64,000 bases of DNA from Synechococcus sp. (GTDB lineage Bacteria > Cyanobacteriota > Cyanobacteriia > PCC-6307 > Cyanobiaceae). Below are positions 30,835 to 39,413 of this stretch, one piece after another. Made by a program: the position numbers and the translations under genes. Numbering within the stretch: the stretch's first letter is position 1; each line of letters opens with the position of its first letter. The stretch lies in the NCBI GenBank assembly GCA_047285805.1, contig JBJBCN010000002.1:32001-96000 (forward strand), read 5' to 3'. The notes beneath the pieces were generated by a model. The model was not told the origin of the DNA. It worked only from the letters and a program-made list of their open reading frames with translations, and made no database searches.

Positions 30835-31944
30835 TTAGGAGAAACCCTTGCCTGCATCCTTGGCGACGCAGGCCTGGAGTTGTTTGCGGATTTTGGCGTG
30901 GTCGAGGTTCTTGCCGATCACGACCAACTGGTTCTTGCGGTCGCTGGGCTTGCTCCACTCGCTGTCGTCGATGGAGAAGCGTTTGCCGGCCAGGTGGAAG
31001 ACGTGGCGCTTGCTGCTCTCGTTGAACCAGAGGATTCCCTTGGCGCGGAAGACTCCGGCAGGAAGCTGGTTGTCGAGGAAGTTCTGAAACTTCCTTAGGG
31101 AGAAGGGGTCTGCGCTGTCAAAGGAGAGGGACGTGAATCCCTCGATGGCGAGGTGATCGGCGTGGGAATGGTCGTGGGAGTGCCCGTGATCGTGGGCATG
31201 GCTGTGATCGTGGTCGTGGTCGTGGTGATCGTGGGAATGGTCGTGATCGTGCTCATGCACGCAGTGACCGTGGTCGTGGTCGCAGTCGTCGTGGTTTTGC
31301 TGCGCGGCCACCTTGTCGCTCTCAAAGAGGCCAACGCTGAGCAGGAGCGGCAGGCTGACCTCCCCTTTGACCGAGCGCAGGATCCGCGCATCGGTTTTGA
31401 TCTCCCGCAGCTTCTCCTCCACGGCAGTGAGGCGCTCCTCGCTGACCAGGTCGCACTTGTTGAGCAAAAGGATGTCGCCATAGACCACCTGGGCCCGGGC
31501 CACTTCCCCAACAAGGATCTCGTCGCTGAAGTTCTCGGCATCGACCAGGGTGATGATCGAGTCGAGCCGGGTCTGATCCCGTAGATCACTTCCAATGAAG
31601 GTCATGGCCACCGGCAGCGGGTCGGCGAGACCCGTGGTTTCCACGACCAGATAGTCGACGGGATCCGGACGATCGAGGATTCGATAGACGGCGTCCAACA
31701 GCTCCCCGTTGATGGAGCAGCAGATGCAGCCATTGCTGAGTTCGACCATGTCATCGCTGGTGGCGATGATCAGATCGTTGTCGATGCCGATCTCACCGAA
31801 CTCGTTCACTAGAACAGCGGTTTTGACACCCTGCTGGTTGCTGAGAATGTGGTTGAGCAGCGTGGTTTTTCCCGCGCCAAGGAAGCCCGTCAGGATGGTG
31901 ACGGGGAGCCCGCTATGGGCCTGATCCATCAGGCTGCTGCTCAT
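30835..31944 (-). CDS. COG0523 (CobW/ZigA-like) metallochaperone GTPase with His-rich insert
   Basis: GFLGAGKTT, NEFG, GCICC, ETTG, NKCD, long HDHDHSH tract, CobW_C FRAKG. Confidence 0.95.
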   Translation of the reverse strand: MSSSLMDQAHSGLPVTILTGFLGAGKTTLLNHILSNQQGVKTAVLVNEFGEIGIDNDLIIATSDDMVELSNGCICCSINGELLDAVYRILDRPDPVDYLVVETTGLADPLPVAMTFIGSDLRDQTRLDSIITLVDAENFSDEILVGEVARAQVVYGDILLLNKCDLVSEERLTAVEEKLREIKTDARILRSVKGEVSLPLLLSVGLFESDKVAAQQNHDDCDHDHGHCVHEHDHDHSHDHHDHDHDHSHAHDHGHSHDHSHADHLAIEGFTSLSFDSADPFSLRKFQNFLDNQLPAGVFRAKGILWFNESSKRHVFHLAGKRFSIDDSEWSKPSDRKNQLVVIGKNLDHAKIRKQLQACVAKDAGKGFS

Positions 31945-32029
31945 GGTCAAGGCGGCTTGCTGCGGCTTCGAATCGTTCCTAAGTCTGGCTGGTTACGTGC
32001 TGGCAGAAAGACCAAGGTTGCTCCAAGCG

Positions 32030-32044
32030 TGAGAACTGTTATCA
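32030..32044. promoter_or_regulatory. Putative Zur box (7-1-7 palindrome) in the divergent COG0523/znuA promoter
   Basis: TGAGAAC-T-GTTATCA, 6 of 7 positions symmetric and close to the cyanobacterial Zur consensus TGATAATNATTATCA. Confidence 0.75.
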
Positions 32045-32066
32045 TTCCCAAAATCGCTCCACGTAT

Positions 32067-33005
32067 TTGTCGCGCTTTCTGGCGCTCGCCCCTGGGGGAG
32101 CTCTCGCTGCCGGCTTGGCAGCTTTTTCACTTGGGCCGATCGCGGTCGCTCAACCCATTCCGTCTGTGGTAGCGGCGAACGGGATTCTTTGTGATCTTGT
32201 TCGAGTTGTCGCAGGCGCAGATGTTTCTGTCGTCTGCCTTGTCCCGAACGGGGGTGACCCTCACGATTACCGATTAACCGCTCGTGATCGATCGGCGATT
32301 CAGTCGGCTTCGGTGGTTTTCCTCAACGGTTACCAGTTGAGCCCCGCCTTGGATCGGATCGGGCGTCTGAAGCGGACCGTCAAGGTTGCTGAAGTGGCTG
32401 TGCCCTCGAGCCCTCGCCGCGACCCGCATGTTTGGCACGACCCCATGCAAGCGGCGTCGATGGCGACTGTGGTTTCGAATCAACTCAAGGGTCTTGTTCC
32501 ATTACAGACGGTCGCCGGGATCGGTGCCCGCGCGTCGCGAGTGCGTTCCGAGCTGAAGCGGTTGGACAAGTGGGCTTCTAGTCAATTCGACACGATTCCC
32601 AAAAGCCATCGCGTGATCGTCACCGAGCATGACGCGCTCTCTTCTATGGCTACGCGCTACAAAGTTCGCTACTTGCCCCTCATGCAATCGTTCGCATCGG
32701 GTGGCCCCTTGCGTCCAAGCAGCCTCGGTTTCATTGTGCAGGCTGCACAATCATCAGGGACCAAGTATCTCTTTTCTGAAGCAAAGAATCCCTCCAAAAC
32801 TCTCAGGCGAATTAGCAAGGTTTCTGGAGTTCCCATTTATCGGTCTCAATTCCTGTCCGTTGATGGTGTCGCGAATGGCGGGACGTATGTCTCGACATTT
32901 GTCTCCAATGTTTGCTCGGTGGTGACGGCCCAGGGTGGCGTGTGTGATCGCACTTCAGGAGACGCTCTTGCGGCTCAGTGGAAGGCCTTGGGTCGTTCTC
33001 AATAA
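32067..33005 (+). CDS. znuA: Zn/Mn ABC transporter substrate-binding protein (ZnuA-like)
   Basis: DPHDY, DPHVWHDP and HDA ligands of cluster A-I binding proteins; signal peptide; no His-rich loop. Confidence 0.85.
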   Translation: MSRFLALAPGGALAAGLAAFSLGPIAVAQPIPSVVAANGILCDLVRVVAGADVSVVCLVPNGGDPHDYRLTARDRSAIQSASVVFLNGYQLSPALDRIGRLKRTVKVAEVAVPSSPRRDPHVWHDPMQAASMATVVSNQLKGLVPLQTVAGIGARASRVRSELKRLDKWASSQFDTIPKSHRVIVTEHDALSSMATRYKVRYLPLMQSFASGGPLRPSSLGFIVQAAQSSGTKYLFSEAKNPSKTLRRISKVSGVPIYRSQFLSVDGVANGGTYVSTFVSNVCSVVTAQGGVCDRTSGDALAAQWKALGRSQ

Positions 33006-33040
33006 ACCTACTACCCGAGCTCAAAAACAACTTAACTTCC

Positions 33041-34015
33041 ATGCAAAAACTTCTGATTGGTCTCTCCAAAAAACTCGCTGTCGGCCTCGGTTGCGTTGCA
33101 TCCTTCACGCTCCCTGCCTCTGCACATGGCGGAGCGGAAGGCTCTGATCTAAAGCCTGGTGAATACAAAGCCTCTCCCATCCTCACGATTGAGGGCCACG
33201 GTGGTCTGGAAAACAATCTTCAGGGCCAACCAAGGCACTACGCCATTGACGGTCTGTTTGGAACGGTCCTGGAGTGGGGCCTGAGCAACGAGGGCAGTTT
33301 TGCGATTGAGGCGGCTATCGGGCCGGCGCTGGTTTGGGGTGAAGCGGAGCACTTTTATGGTCAAGTCCATATTCATGGGGCTGAAGAGGCGCATGAAGAT
33401 GAACATGAAGACGAGGACCATGCCGAAGAAGAAGGCCATGACGATGAGGTCGTGACATCGGCTAGCCCTTGGAGACGTACGGATATCAAGGGCTATCTCT
33501 CTGCTCGCTACCAGCCGAACAAAAATTTAAGCATTCAGGCCACCTACAAGCCCTACTACATCACACGTACACAAGACGAAGATAAGCTTGGTCTTCGCAA
33601 CGAAGTGCAGGCTGGTGCTACATACGCATTTGGCGATGGTGACGTCAACTTCGCCCTTGGAGATGGCTTGGAAAATATTGTTGACGGCATTTTTGTGTCT
33701 GCCTACAACAACACCGGTTGGGACAGCGATGGGACCTATCTGGGTAACTACACCGACACCTGGGCTGGGTTTGGCTTTAATTACGACAAGCTCAATGTGA
33801 CTCTCTCGGGCGGTCCTCGCTTTTACACCCCTGGTAGCTACGCCAACCTCCCCCAGCGCACGGACTGGGGTGGTGAGATCGAATTCGAGTACCCGATCGC
33901 TGAGAACGTTGTTGCCTTTGCCCATTGGGAAGCGATATACAGCTCTCAAAATGGAGAAGGTTGGGGTGTCGGGTTCCAGCACCACATCGGCACGGGTGTC
34001 AGTTTCCGCTTCTAA
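33041..34015 (+). CDS. Uncharacterised exported protein, putative outer-membrane beta-barrel with His/Glu/Asp loop
   Basis: Signal peptide ASA|HGG, amphipathic aromatic beta strands, HIHGAEEAHEDEHEDEDHAEEEGHDDE loop, C-terminal GTGVSFRF. Confidence 0.7.
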   Translation: MQKLLIGLSKKLAVGLGCVASFTLPASAHGGAEGSDLKPGEYKASPILTIEGHGGLENNLQGQPRHYAIDGLFGTVLEWGLSNEGSFAIEAAIGPALVWGEAEHFYGQVHIHGAEEAHEDEHEDEDHAEEEGHDDEVVTSASPWRRTDIKGYLSARYQPNKNLSIQATYKPYYITRTQDEDKLGLRNEVQAGATYAFGDGDVNFALGDGLENIVDGIFVSAYNNTGWDSDGTYLGNYTDTWAGFGFNYDKLNVTLSGGPRFYTPGSYANLPQRTDWGGEIEFEYPIAENVVAFAHWEAIYSSQNGEGWGVGFQHHIGTGVSFRF

Positions 34016-34064
34016 GGCGTAGTGCTGAGATCCGTCTAGCGTGAACTGACTACTCCGAAACGCT

Positions 34065-34757
34065 TTGCTTCGCGTCCGCAACCTCTGCGTCCATCGCGGT
34101 CAGCAATTGGTCTTGGACCATCTCTCCTTTCAGATCAACCAAGGCTCCTTAGTCGCCTTGGTTGGCCCGAATGGAGCAGGAAAAACCACTCTGCTTCATG
34201 CCCTCGAGGCCCAGTTACCGGTGACCTCAGGTTCCATGGAATTGGCTGGTTCTCCGTTAACACCACCCCTAGCTCGCAGCCAGATCGCCCTAATGCCCCA
34301 GCGGGGAACTATCGACTGGAGCTTCCCCATCACGGTCCAGGACTTGGTCTCCCTGGGACGACTGTCTGGCCGTCGACCAGGCTGTTGCGACGTTGATGCG
34401 GCGCTGCAACGGGTTGGTCTTGCTGGATTGGGTAGGCGTCGATTGGATGAACTCTCAGGCGGTCAGCAGCAACGTGCTCTTTTGGCCCGAACGTTGTTGC
34501 AGCCGGCAAATCTCTTGCTTCTCGACGAGCCCTGTGCCGCGATTGACCCTCCCTCTCGCACCAACCTGTTGCAGGTGATGCGTCAACTCTGCGATTCAGG
34601 CTTGACCCTCGTCGTCAGTAGTCACGACTGGGGCAGTGACCTGGATCGTTACGATCAGGTGCTCGTGTTGGATCGTGCCCTGCTGGCTCAAGGGCCTCCT
34701 GAGACGGTCCGGCGCTCATTGGGTGATTTGAGAGTCGGCCACGACTGCTGTGGTTAG
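34065..34757 (+). CDS. znuC: Metal ABC transporter ATPase (ZnuC)
   Basis: GPNGAGKTT, PQR..IDWSFP, LSGGQQQR, LLDEP, SHD. Confidence 0.9.
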   Translation: MLRVRNLCVHRGQQLVLDHLSFQINQGSLVALVGPNGAGKTTLLHALEAQLPVTSGSMELAGSPLTPPLARSQIALMPQRGTIDWSFPITVQDLVSLGRLSGRRPGCCDVDAALQRVGLAGLGRRRLDELSGGQQQRALLARTLLQPANLLLLDEPCAAIDPPSRTNLLQVMRQLCDSGLTLVVSSHDWGSDLDRYDQVLVLDRALLAQGPPETVRRSLGDLRVGHDCCG

Positions 34758-35155
34758 TCACGTGGCCGGGACTTGCACTGCTCGCACAGGCCAAAAAACT
34801 CCAGGGTGTGGAAGAGCAGTGCGAACCCCTGGCTGTCTTCCGTCTCGAGGTCGACATGATGCACAGGGCAGCGCTTGAGCACAGCCGTTGTGCCGCAGTC
34901 AACGCAGGTGATGTGGTGTTCGTCTCGCCCCAACGGGGCAAACAGGGCTTCGCCGCTGGGGAGATGTCTGCAGCGGATCTGTCCCCGTTGCTGCAGTTGG
35001 CGCAGGTGCCGGTAGACCGTGGCCAGTCCCATCGGACTGTTGCTGGCCCGGAGACGAGCGTGCAAGTCCTGCCCGGACAGCTCTTGGTTGGCCTCCTCCA
35101 AGTGCTGGATGATCAGCTGCTGCCGCTCGCTAATGCCGGCAACCTGGGAGGGCAT
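34754..35155 (-). CDS. zur: Zinc uptake regulator (Fur family)
   Basis: LATVYRHL, DEHHITCVDCG, CPVH, HTLEFFGLCEQC; embedded in the znu cluster. Confidence 0.85.
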   Translation of the reverse strand: MPSQVAGISERQQLIIQHLEEANQELSGQDLHARLRASNSPMGLATVYRHLRQLQQRGQIRCRHLPSGEALFAPLGRDEHHITCVDCGTTAVLKRCPVHHVDLETEDSQGFALLFHTLEFFGLCEQCKSRPRD

Positions 35156-35187
35156 GCGCTTCCGCCTTGGACGTAATTCCAGATCCT

Positions 35188-35979
35188 ATGGCTGACTCTT
35201 GGTGGCTCACACCCTTCGGGATCGCCCTGGTGGTGGGCATGCTCTGTCCCTTGGCGGGAACGGCACTGTTGGTGCAGCGCCGGCTCTTTCAGGTCAATTT
35301 GATTTCCCATGCGGTGCTGCCTGGGCTGGCCATCGCCCTCTTTTGGGGCATTGAACCGGGACTGGGTGGATTGATTAGCGGGGTGTTGTTTGCCTTGGTG
35401 GCCGAGCGGATGACCAGCGCTCTTCCCCAGGGGGATCGCAACCGGGAGGCCGTCCTGAATTCGGTCTTGGCCGGATCGCTGGGCCTTGGCGTTCTGCTCA
35501 TTCCCTTGTTGGGGATTCGGGTGGATCTCGAGGCTGTGCTGTTTGGGGACCTCCTGGCCGCGGGTCCCCGTGAGCTGATCCAAAGCCTCTTGGCCTTCGC
35601 CGTGATCGTGATGCTCTTGACGCTTCGCTACCGGCAGTACGTCTATCTCGGGGTCGACCCTGTGGGCGCCCAGGCCGCTGGTTTGCGGGTGAATTCCCTG
35701 CGTTTCTTGCTGACGCTCGTGGCCGCGGTGGCGGTCGTGAGCGCGGTGAGCGCCGTTGGCATTGTGTTGGTGGTGAGTCTCATGGCGGCGCCGGCCCTCT
35801 TGGCGATGCCCAAGGCCAGGAGTCTCCGGCAGGCCCTGTTGCGCTCAGCCCTTTGGGGATTGCTGATCTCCGGCGCTGGTTTCGTTGTTGCGGTGCAACC
35901 TGCGATCAACCTTCCCCCCGGGCCCGTGATTGGGTTTGTGTGCATGTTGACCCTGCCCTTGCAGTTATTGCGCCGGTAG
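35188..35979 (+). CDS. znuB: Metal ABC transporter permease (ZnuB)
   Basis: ISHAVLPGLA, LFGDLL, DP..A...G, AVGIVLV, PPGP. Confidence 0.9.
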   Translation: MADSWWLTPFGIALVVGMLCPLAGTALLVQRRLFQVNLISHAVLPGLAIALFWGIEPGLGGLISGVLFALVAERMTSALPQGDRNREAVLNSVLAGSLGLGVLLIPLLGIRVDLEAVLFGDLLAAGPRELIQSLLAFAVIVMLLTLRYRQYVYLGVDPVGAQAAGLRVNSLRFLLTLVAAVAVVSAVSAVGIVLVVSLMAAPALLAMPKARSLRQALLRSALWGLLISGAGFVVAVQPAINLPPGPVIGFVCMLTLPLQLLRR

Positions 35980-37278
35980 CCAAAAAGCCTGCTTGATCGG
36001 TTTGTCCAGGACCTTCAACGCCAAGGTGGAGGCCTGAAGCTCTGCCGCACGCCCCAGTGACTCCTTGGGATTGCGCAGGGCCAGCAGCAGCACATCTCGG
36101 GTGGGATCCAAGGCAAAGCCACTGCGCATTTCCAGTTCCCATCCTTTGAGTTCGCGCTGGGTTTGGACGACGCCCGATCGGTTCATCACTACGACGCGCG
36201 GGGTTTGGCTGTTGGTCGCTTGGTCCCAGTGGGTCAGCAAGAGCCAGATGCGTTCCCCGCTGCGTTCGCAGGCCGTTCCCATCACGGCATCCAGGCCAAT
36301 CCAGAGCTGCTTGGGGGGTTGCCCGGGCTCCAGCAGTTCAACGGATTGGCGGTAGTCCGGCCATCGCCGCGTCAGTAACGCTCGGCCCCCCGTTGGACAA
36401 ACACTGCTCAGGTCGCGGCTCCCCGGCAGGAACTGCCGTCGCGGTGGGTGGCCCGGGAGGTTGCTCAGCACCAGGCCATCGGCCTCGGGCGCAATCAGTG
36501 CTCCGCCTCCCGGAAGCAGCTGAGCCGTTCCTGAGGCGTCCAGATCGAGGCGCCTGCGTTGCCCATTGGCTTGGATCAACGACGTGAATGAGCGGGCGAA
36601 CCCTGGAGCTCCCCACTGAATCAACAGATCGCCTTTTCTGTTGCTGCTGAAGTGGCTGAAGGTCAGTGGACTCTCGAGCAGTCGCTTGATTCCCTTCACG
36701 ACAAGGGATTGGGGCTTGGACGCAAAGGTGGCCTGTTGATCGAGTTCAAGCAGCCAGGTCTCTTCAGTGCGCCCGCCACTGGTGCTGAAGGCAATTCCCG
36801 CTCCATTGCCGAGGGGCTCCACGGAGGTGATGGGGCCGTTGGCTTCGCTCAGGAGTCTCCAGTGGCCATCGCGTCCAAGGAGCTCGAGTTGGTCCCCTTG
36901 GGGGCCAGGACTGACGACCACCAGCCAGGGCCTGGGATCCCACCAGAACTGTTGTTGAGCGAGAGCAACACCGCGTTGATCGGCTCCCCTCAGGACGACC
37001 TTCAAGGGGGCTGTGATGGTTTGTCCTGGATCCAGCAACAGGCGCAGAAGATTGCCGCTGCCCAGCCATTGGTGGGTCAGCGCCGGCTCCAGCTGGCTCG
37101 TCTTGGCCACGCTGGCTCGCTCCATGGGCCGGCTGAATTTCGCGCTGAGCGCTGCAGGTCCAGAGGCGACGGTGCTGGATTCCAACCGGCGGAGTTGGGG
37201 CGGCCTCTGCAGCAGAACCTGTTGCTGCAGTGCGGATAGGGCCAGTCCAGCCGCCAGGAACCAGCGCAGTTGTCTCAT
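35965..37278 (-). CDS. Uncharacterised membrane-anchored periplasmic protein (Ig-like + putative beta-propeller)
   Basis: N-terminal hydrophobic segment, FSRPM Ig-like motif, repeated beta-rich blades; overlaps the stop of the TIGR03943 gene. Confidence 0.6.
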   Translation of the reverse strand: MRQLRWFLAAGLALSALQQQVLLQRPPQLRRLESSTVASGPAALSAKFSRPMERASVAKTSQLEPALTHQWLGSGNLLRLLLDPGQTITAPLKVVLRGADQRGVALAQQQFWWDPRPWLVVVSPGPQGDQLELLGRDGHWRLLSEANGPITSVEPLGNGAGIAFSTSGGRTEETWLLELDQQATFASKPQSLVVKGIKRLLESPLTFSHFSSNRKGDLLIQWGAPGFARSFTSLIQANGQRRRLDLDASGTAQLLPGGGALIAPEADGLVLSNLPGHPPRRQFLPGSRDLSSVCPTGGRALLTRRWPDYRQSVELLEPGQPPKQLWIGLDAVMGTACERSGERIWLLLTHWDQATNSQTPRVVVMNRSGVVQTQRELKGWELEMRSGFALDPTRDVLLLALRNPKESLGRAAELQASTLALKVLDKPIKQAFWLPAQ

Positions 37279-37958
37279 GGTTCGAGGGGTTGCTCGGGCC
37301 GTGGGATCGCTCGGATCTCCTCGGCGAGCACGATGCTCTGACTCGATCCACTGGTGGTGGTCTCCACGGCCATTTGGCCGCGGATCGAGAGCCAGGTGTC
37401 GCGTTGGGGTTTGTAGTCCTCCGGCCACCGAATGGGAAGGCCAATCGGAGTGGCATCCGCCAGGCAGCAGCGCACCGTCAGGCGACCCAATTGGGGGCGG
37501 CCCCCGTTCGGGGTGTACACGAAGCCGCTGATGTTGACGGGATCACCGACATAGAGCTGGGGGTCGGGTTGGCTGCGCAATAACCGCACCCAATCGGTCA
37601 AGGTCCGCTGCGAGGGGGGGAGGACAAATTCCAGCTCCGACGTCCCATTGAAGGCCTCACTGCGACTGGCGGCGAGATCGCTGAAGGACGGATTCGGTGG
37701 TGCCAAGAGAACCGCGATAGCCATCGCGCTGCTGAACAGCCAGGCCCGTTGGGTTTGGACGGACTCACGCCCTGCGGCGGGCTGAAGCCATTGCTGAAGG
37801 GCCAGGGCCAAGAGGGCGACACCGCAGATCCCCACCAGGGGATGGAAGGCGCCCCTCAGCAGAAGGTCCAGGCGCCCGCTCAGGGTGCTCAGCACTAGGG
37901 CGGCTCCCCAGAGTCCCAAGGTCAGCGGGCGGATCAGAGCAGCCAAAGGTTGACCCAT
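37275..37958 (-). CDS. TIGR03943/YcgQ (DUF1980) putative permease subunit
   Basis: 3 TM segments, then G.PVNISGFV, RLTVRCCLADATPIG and W..IRG. Confidence 0.88.
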   Translation of the reverse strand: MGQPLAALIRPLTLGLWGAALVLSTLSGRLDLLLRGAFHPLVGICGVALLALALQQWLQPAAGRESVQTQRAWLFSSAMAIAVLLAPPNPSFSDLAASRSEAFNGTSELEFVLPPSQRTLTDWVRLLRSQPDPQLYVGDPVNISGFVYTPNGGRPQLGRLTVRCCLADATPIGLPIRWPEDYKPQRDTWLSIRGQMAVETTTSGSSQSIVLAEEIRAIPRPEQPLEP

Positions 37959-38884
37959 TGCCCCAGTAGCAACACAACAACACTGGCTCCAATCGCGGTG
38001 ATCGCGATCGCTTTGGGCCGCATGATCACCCCAAATAACCCCAGCAATTTGAGGTCCACCACCGGCCCCAGCACCAGAAAGGCCAGCAGCGCGCCCGGTG
38101 TGATTTGAGCGGCGAAGCCCAGCGCCAGAAAGGCGTCCACGCTTGAGCACACCGAAATCACCACCGCCATCAACATCAAGCTGAGGATTGAGAGGGTCGG
38201 TGCTCCTCCGACCGCCAGCAGCCAGCTGCGAGGCAGAAGGGTTTGGACGGTGGCGGCGATCAAGCTGCCCAGGATCAGCAACACCGCCAGGTTGAGAAAC
38301 TCCCTCGTGCTGTGCTCGAGAACCGTCCTCAGGCTGGGCCGACTGGGCTCGGCTCGAGGGGGCGGGGGTGTGCCAAGAACGCCACCTTTGCGCTCCAGCA
38401 GGCTGGCTTCCTCGAGCGGCTGGCTGAGCCGGCGCTCCGCCAGGAGGCTCCTTTCCAGCAGTTGCCCCTCGGGCAGCCGCTGCAGCACGCCTGAGAGGAC
38501 CACGGCCACCAAGAGGGCGCCGAGGGGGCGAGCGGCGATCAACCAGGGCTGATCGGGGAAGGCCGCCCAGGTGCTGGCCAACACGATGGGGTTCAGGACC
38601 GGGGCCGCGAACAAAAAGCCCAGTGCCGAGCCCATCGAAGCGCCGCCCGCGAGCAGCCGCCGGGCGACAGGGACGTTGCCGCATTCGCAGGCTGGCAGGG
38701 CAAAGCCCAGGGCGGCACCGCTGAGGGGCGCCAAGATTGGCTGGTCCGGCAGGCGCTGCAGCCAACGGCCACCCGGCGCGATCCAGCGCGCCAAGCCGGC
38801 AATGAGGACCCCAATGAAGAGAAAGGGCAGGGCCTCAATCAGAAGCCCTTGGAAGATCGCCCAAATCGTCGCGATTTGAGCCAA
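37934..38884 (-). CDS. DUF318/YcgR putative permease
   Basis: EALPFL, PACECGNVP, AAPVLNP, SVCSSVDAF, GPVVD. Confidence 0.9.
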   Translation of the reverse strand: MAQIATIWAIFQGLLIEALPFLFIGVLIAGLARWIAPGGRWLQRLPDQPILAPLSGAALGFALPACECGNVPVARRLLAGGASMGSALGFLFAAPVLNPIVLASTWAAFPDQPWLIAARPLGALLVAVVLSGVLQRLPEGQLLERSLLAERRLSQPLEEASLLERKGGVLGTPPPPRAEPSRPSLRTVLEHSTREFLNLAVLLILGSLIAATVQTLLPRSWLLAVGGAPTLSILSLMLMAVVISVCSSVDAFLALGFAAQITPGALLAFLVLGPVVDLKLLGLFGVIMRPKAIAITAIGASVVVLLLGQWVNLWLL

Positions 38885-38908
38885 GGGCGCTCGCTAGGTC
38901 GGGAGCCC

Positions 38909-39367
38909 TCAGTCTCGCCCCATCAGCGCGGCGGGGGAACCACCTGTGCCCTGGCTTGCCGTGGACGGAGGGGCGGGGTCTTGGGCGACCTCGCTGTAGA
39001 AGCTCGTATCCAGGTTGCTCAGTAAATAAGGACGGTTGGTCTCGAAGTGCAGGTGGGGGCCGGTGGTCCAGGCGCCGGTGTTCCCGCAAAGCCCGATCAG
39101 GTCACCCCGCTTGTAGTTGCCCGGGGCCTGGGTGCTGTGCAGGTGGCTGTAGCTGGTTTCGAGGCCGTTGTTGCCCACTAGCACCACGGTGTTGCCGTGG
39201 GTGTGGCTGCGGACCACGGAGGCCACACCGTCATGGGCCGCGCGCACCGGAGTGCCAACGGCGCAGGCGATGTCCAAGGCCGGATGCTCAGCGTGGGCGT
39301 CTTGGGTCACAACCCCTGGCATGGGATTGAGCAACTGCAGTGCTGGAACCAGGAGTGCAACGGGCAA
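38909..39367 (-). CDS. M23 family metallopeptidase (small; start uncertain)
   Basis: HPALD (HxxxD), GTPVRAAHDG, YSHL, GNTG..TGPHLHFE. Confidence 0.88.
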   Translation of the reverse strand: MPVALLVPALQLLNPMPGVVTQDAHAEHPALDIACAVGTPVRAAHDGVASVVRSHTHGNTVVLVGNNGLETSYSHLHSTQAPGNYKRGDLIGLCGNTGAWTTGPHLHFETNRPYLLSNLDTSFYSEVAQDPAPPSTASQGTGGSPAALMGRD

Positions 39368-39413
39368 GAAAAAGCTTTCGCGAAATCGAAAGCGAATCTT
39401 AAGTTGCGACCCC

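Noticed and set aside
31150..31300. Short tandem repeats (GTGGTC/GTGATC) that might suggest an array
   Set aside because: They encode the HD/HS repeats of COG0523; there is no repeat-spacer structure and no cas genes, so not CRISPR
31153..31584. Val-rich hydrophobic ORF on the + strand
   Set aside because: Antisense shadow of the His/Asp tract of the COG0523 gene
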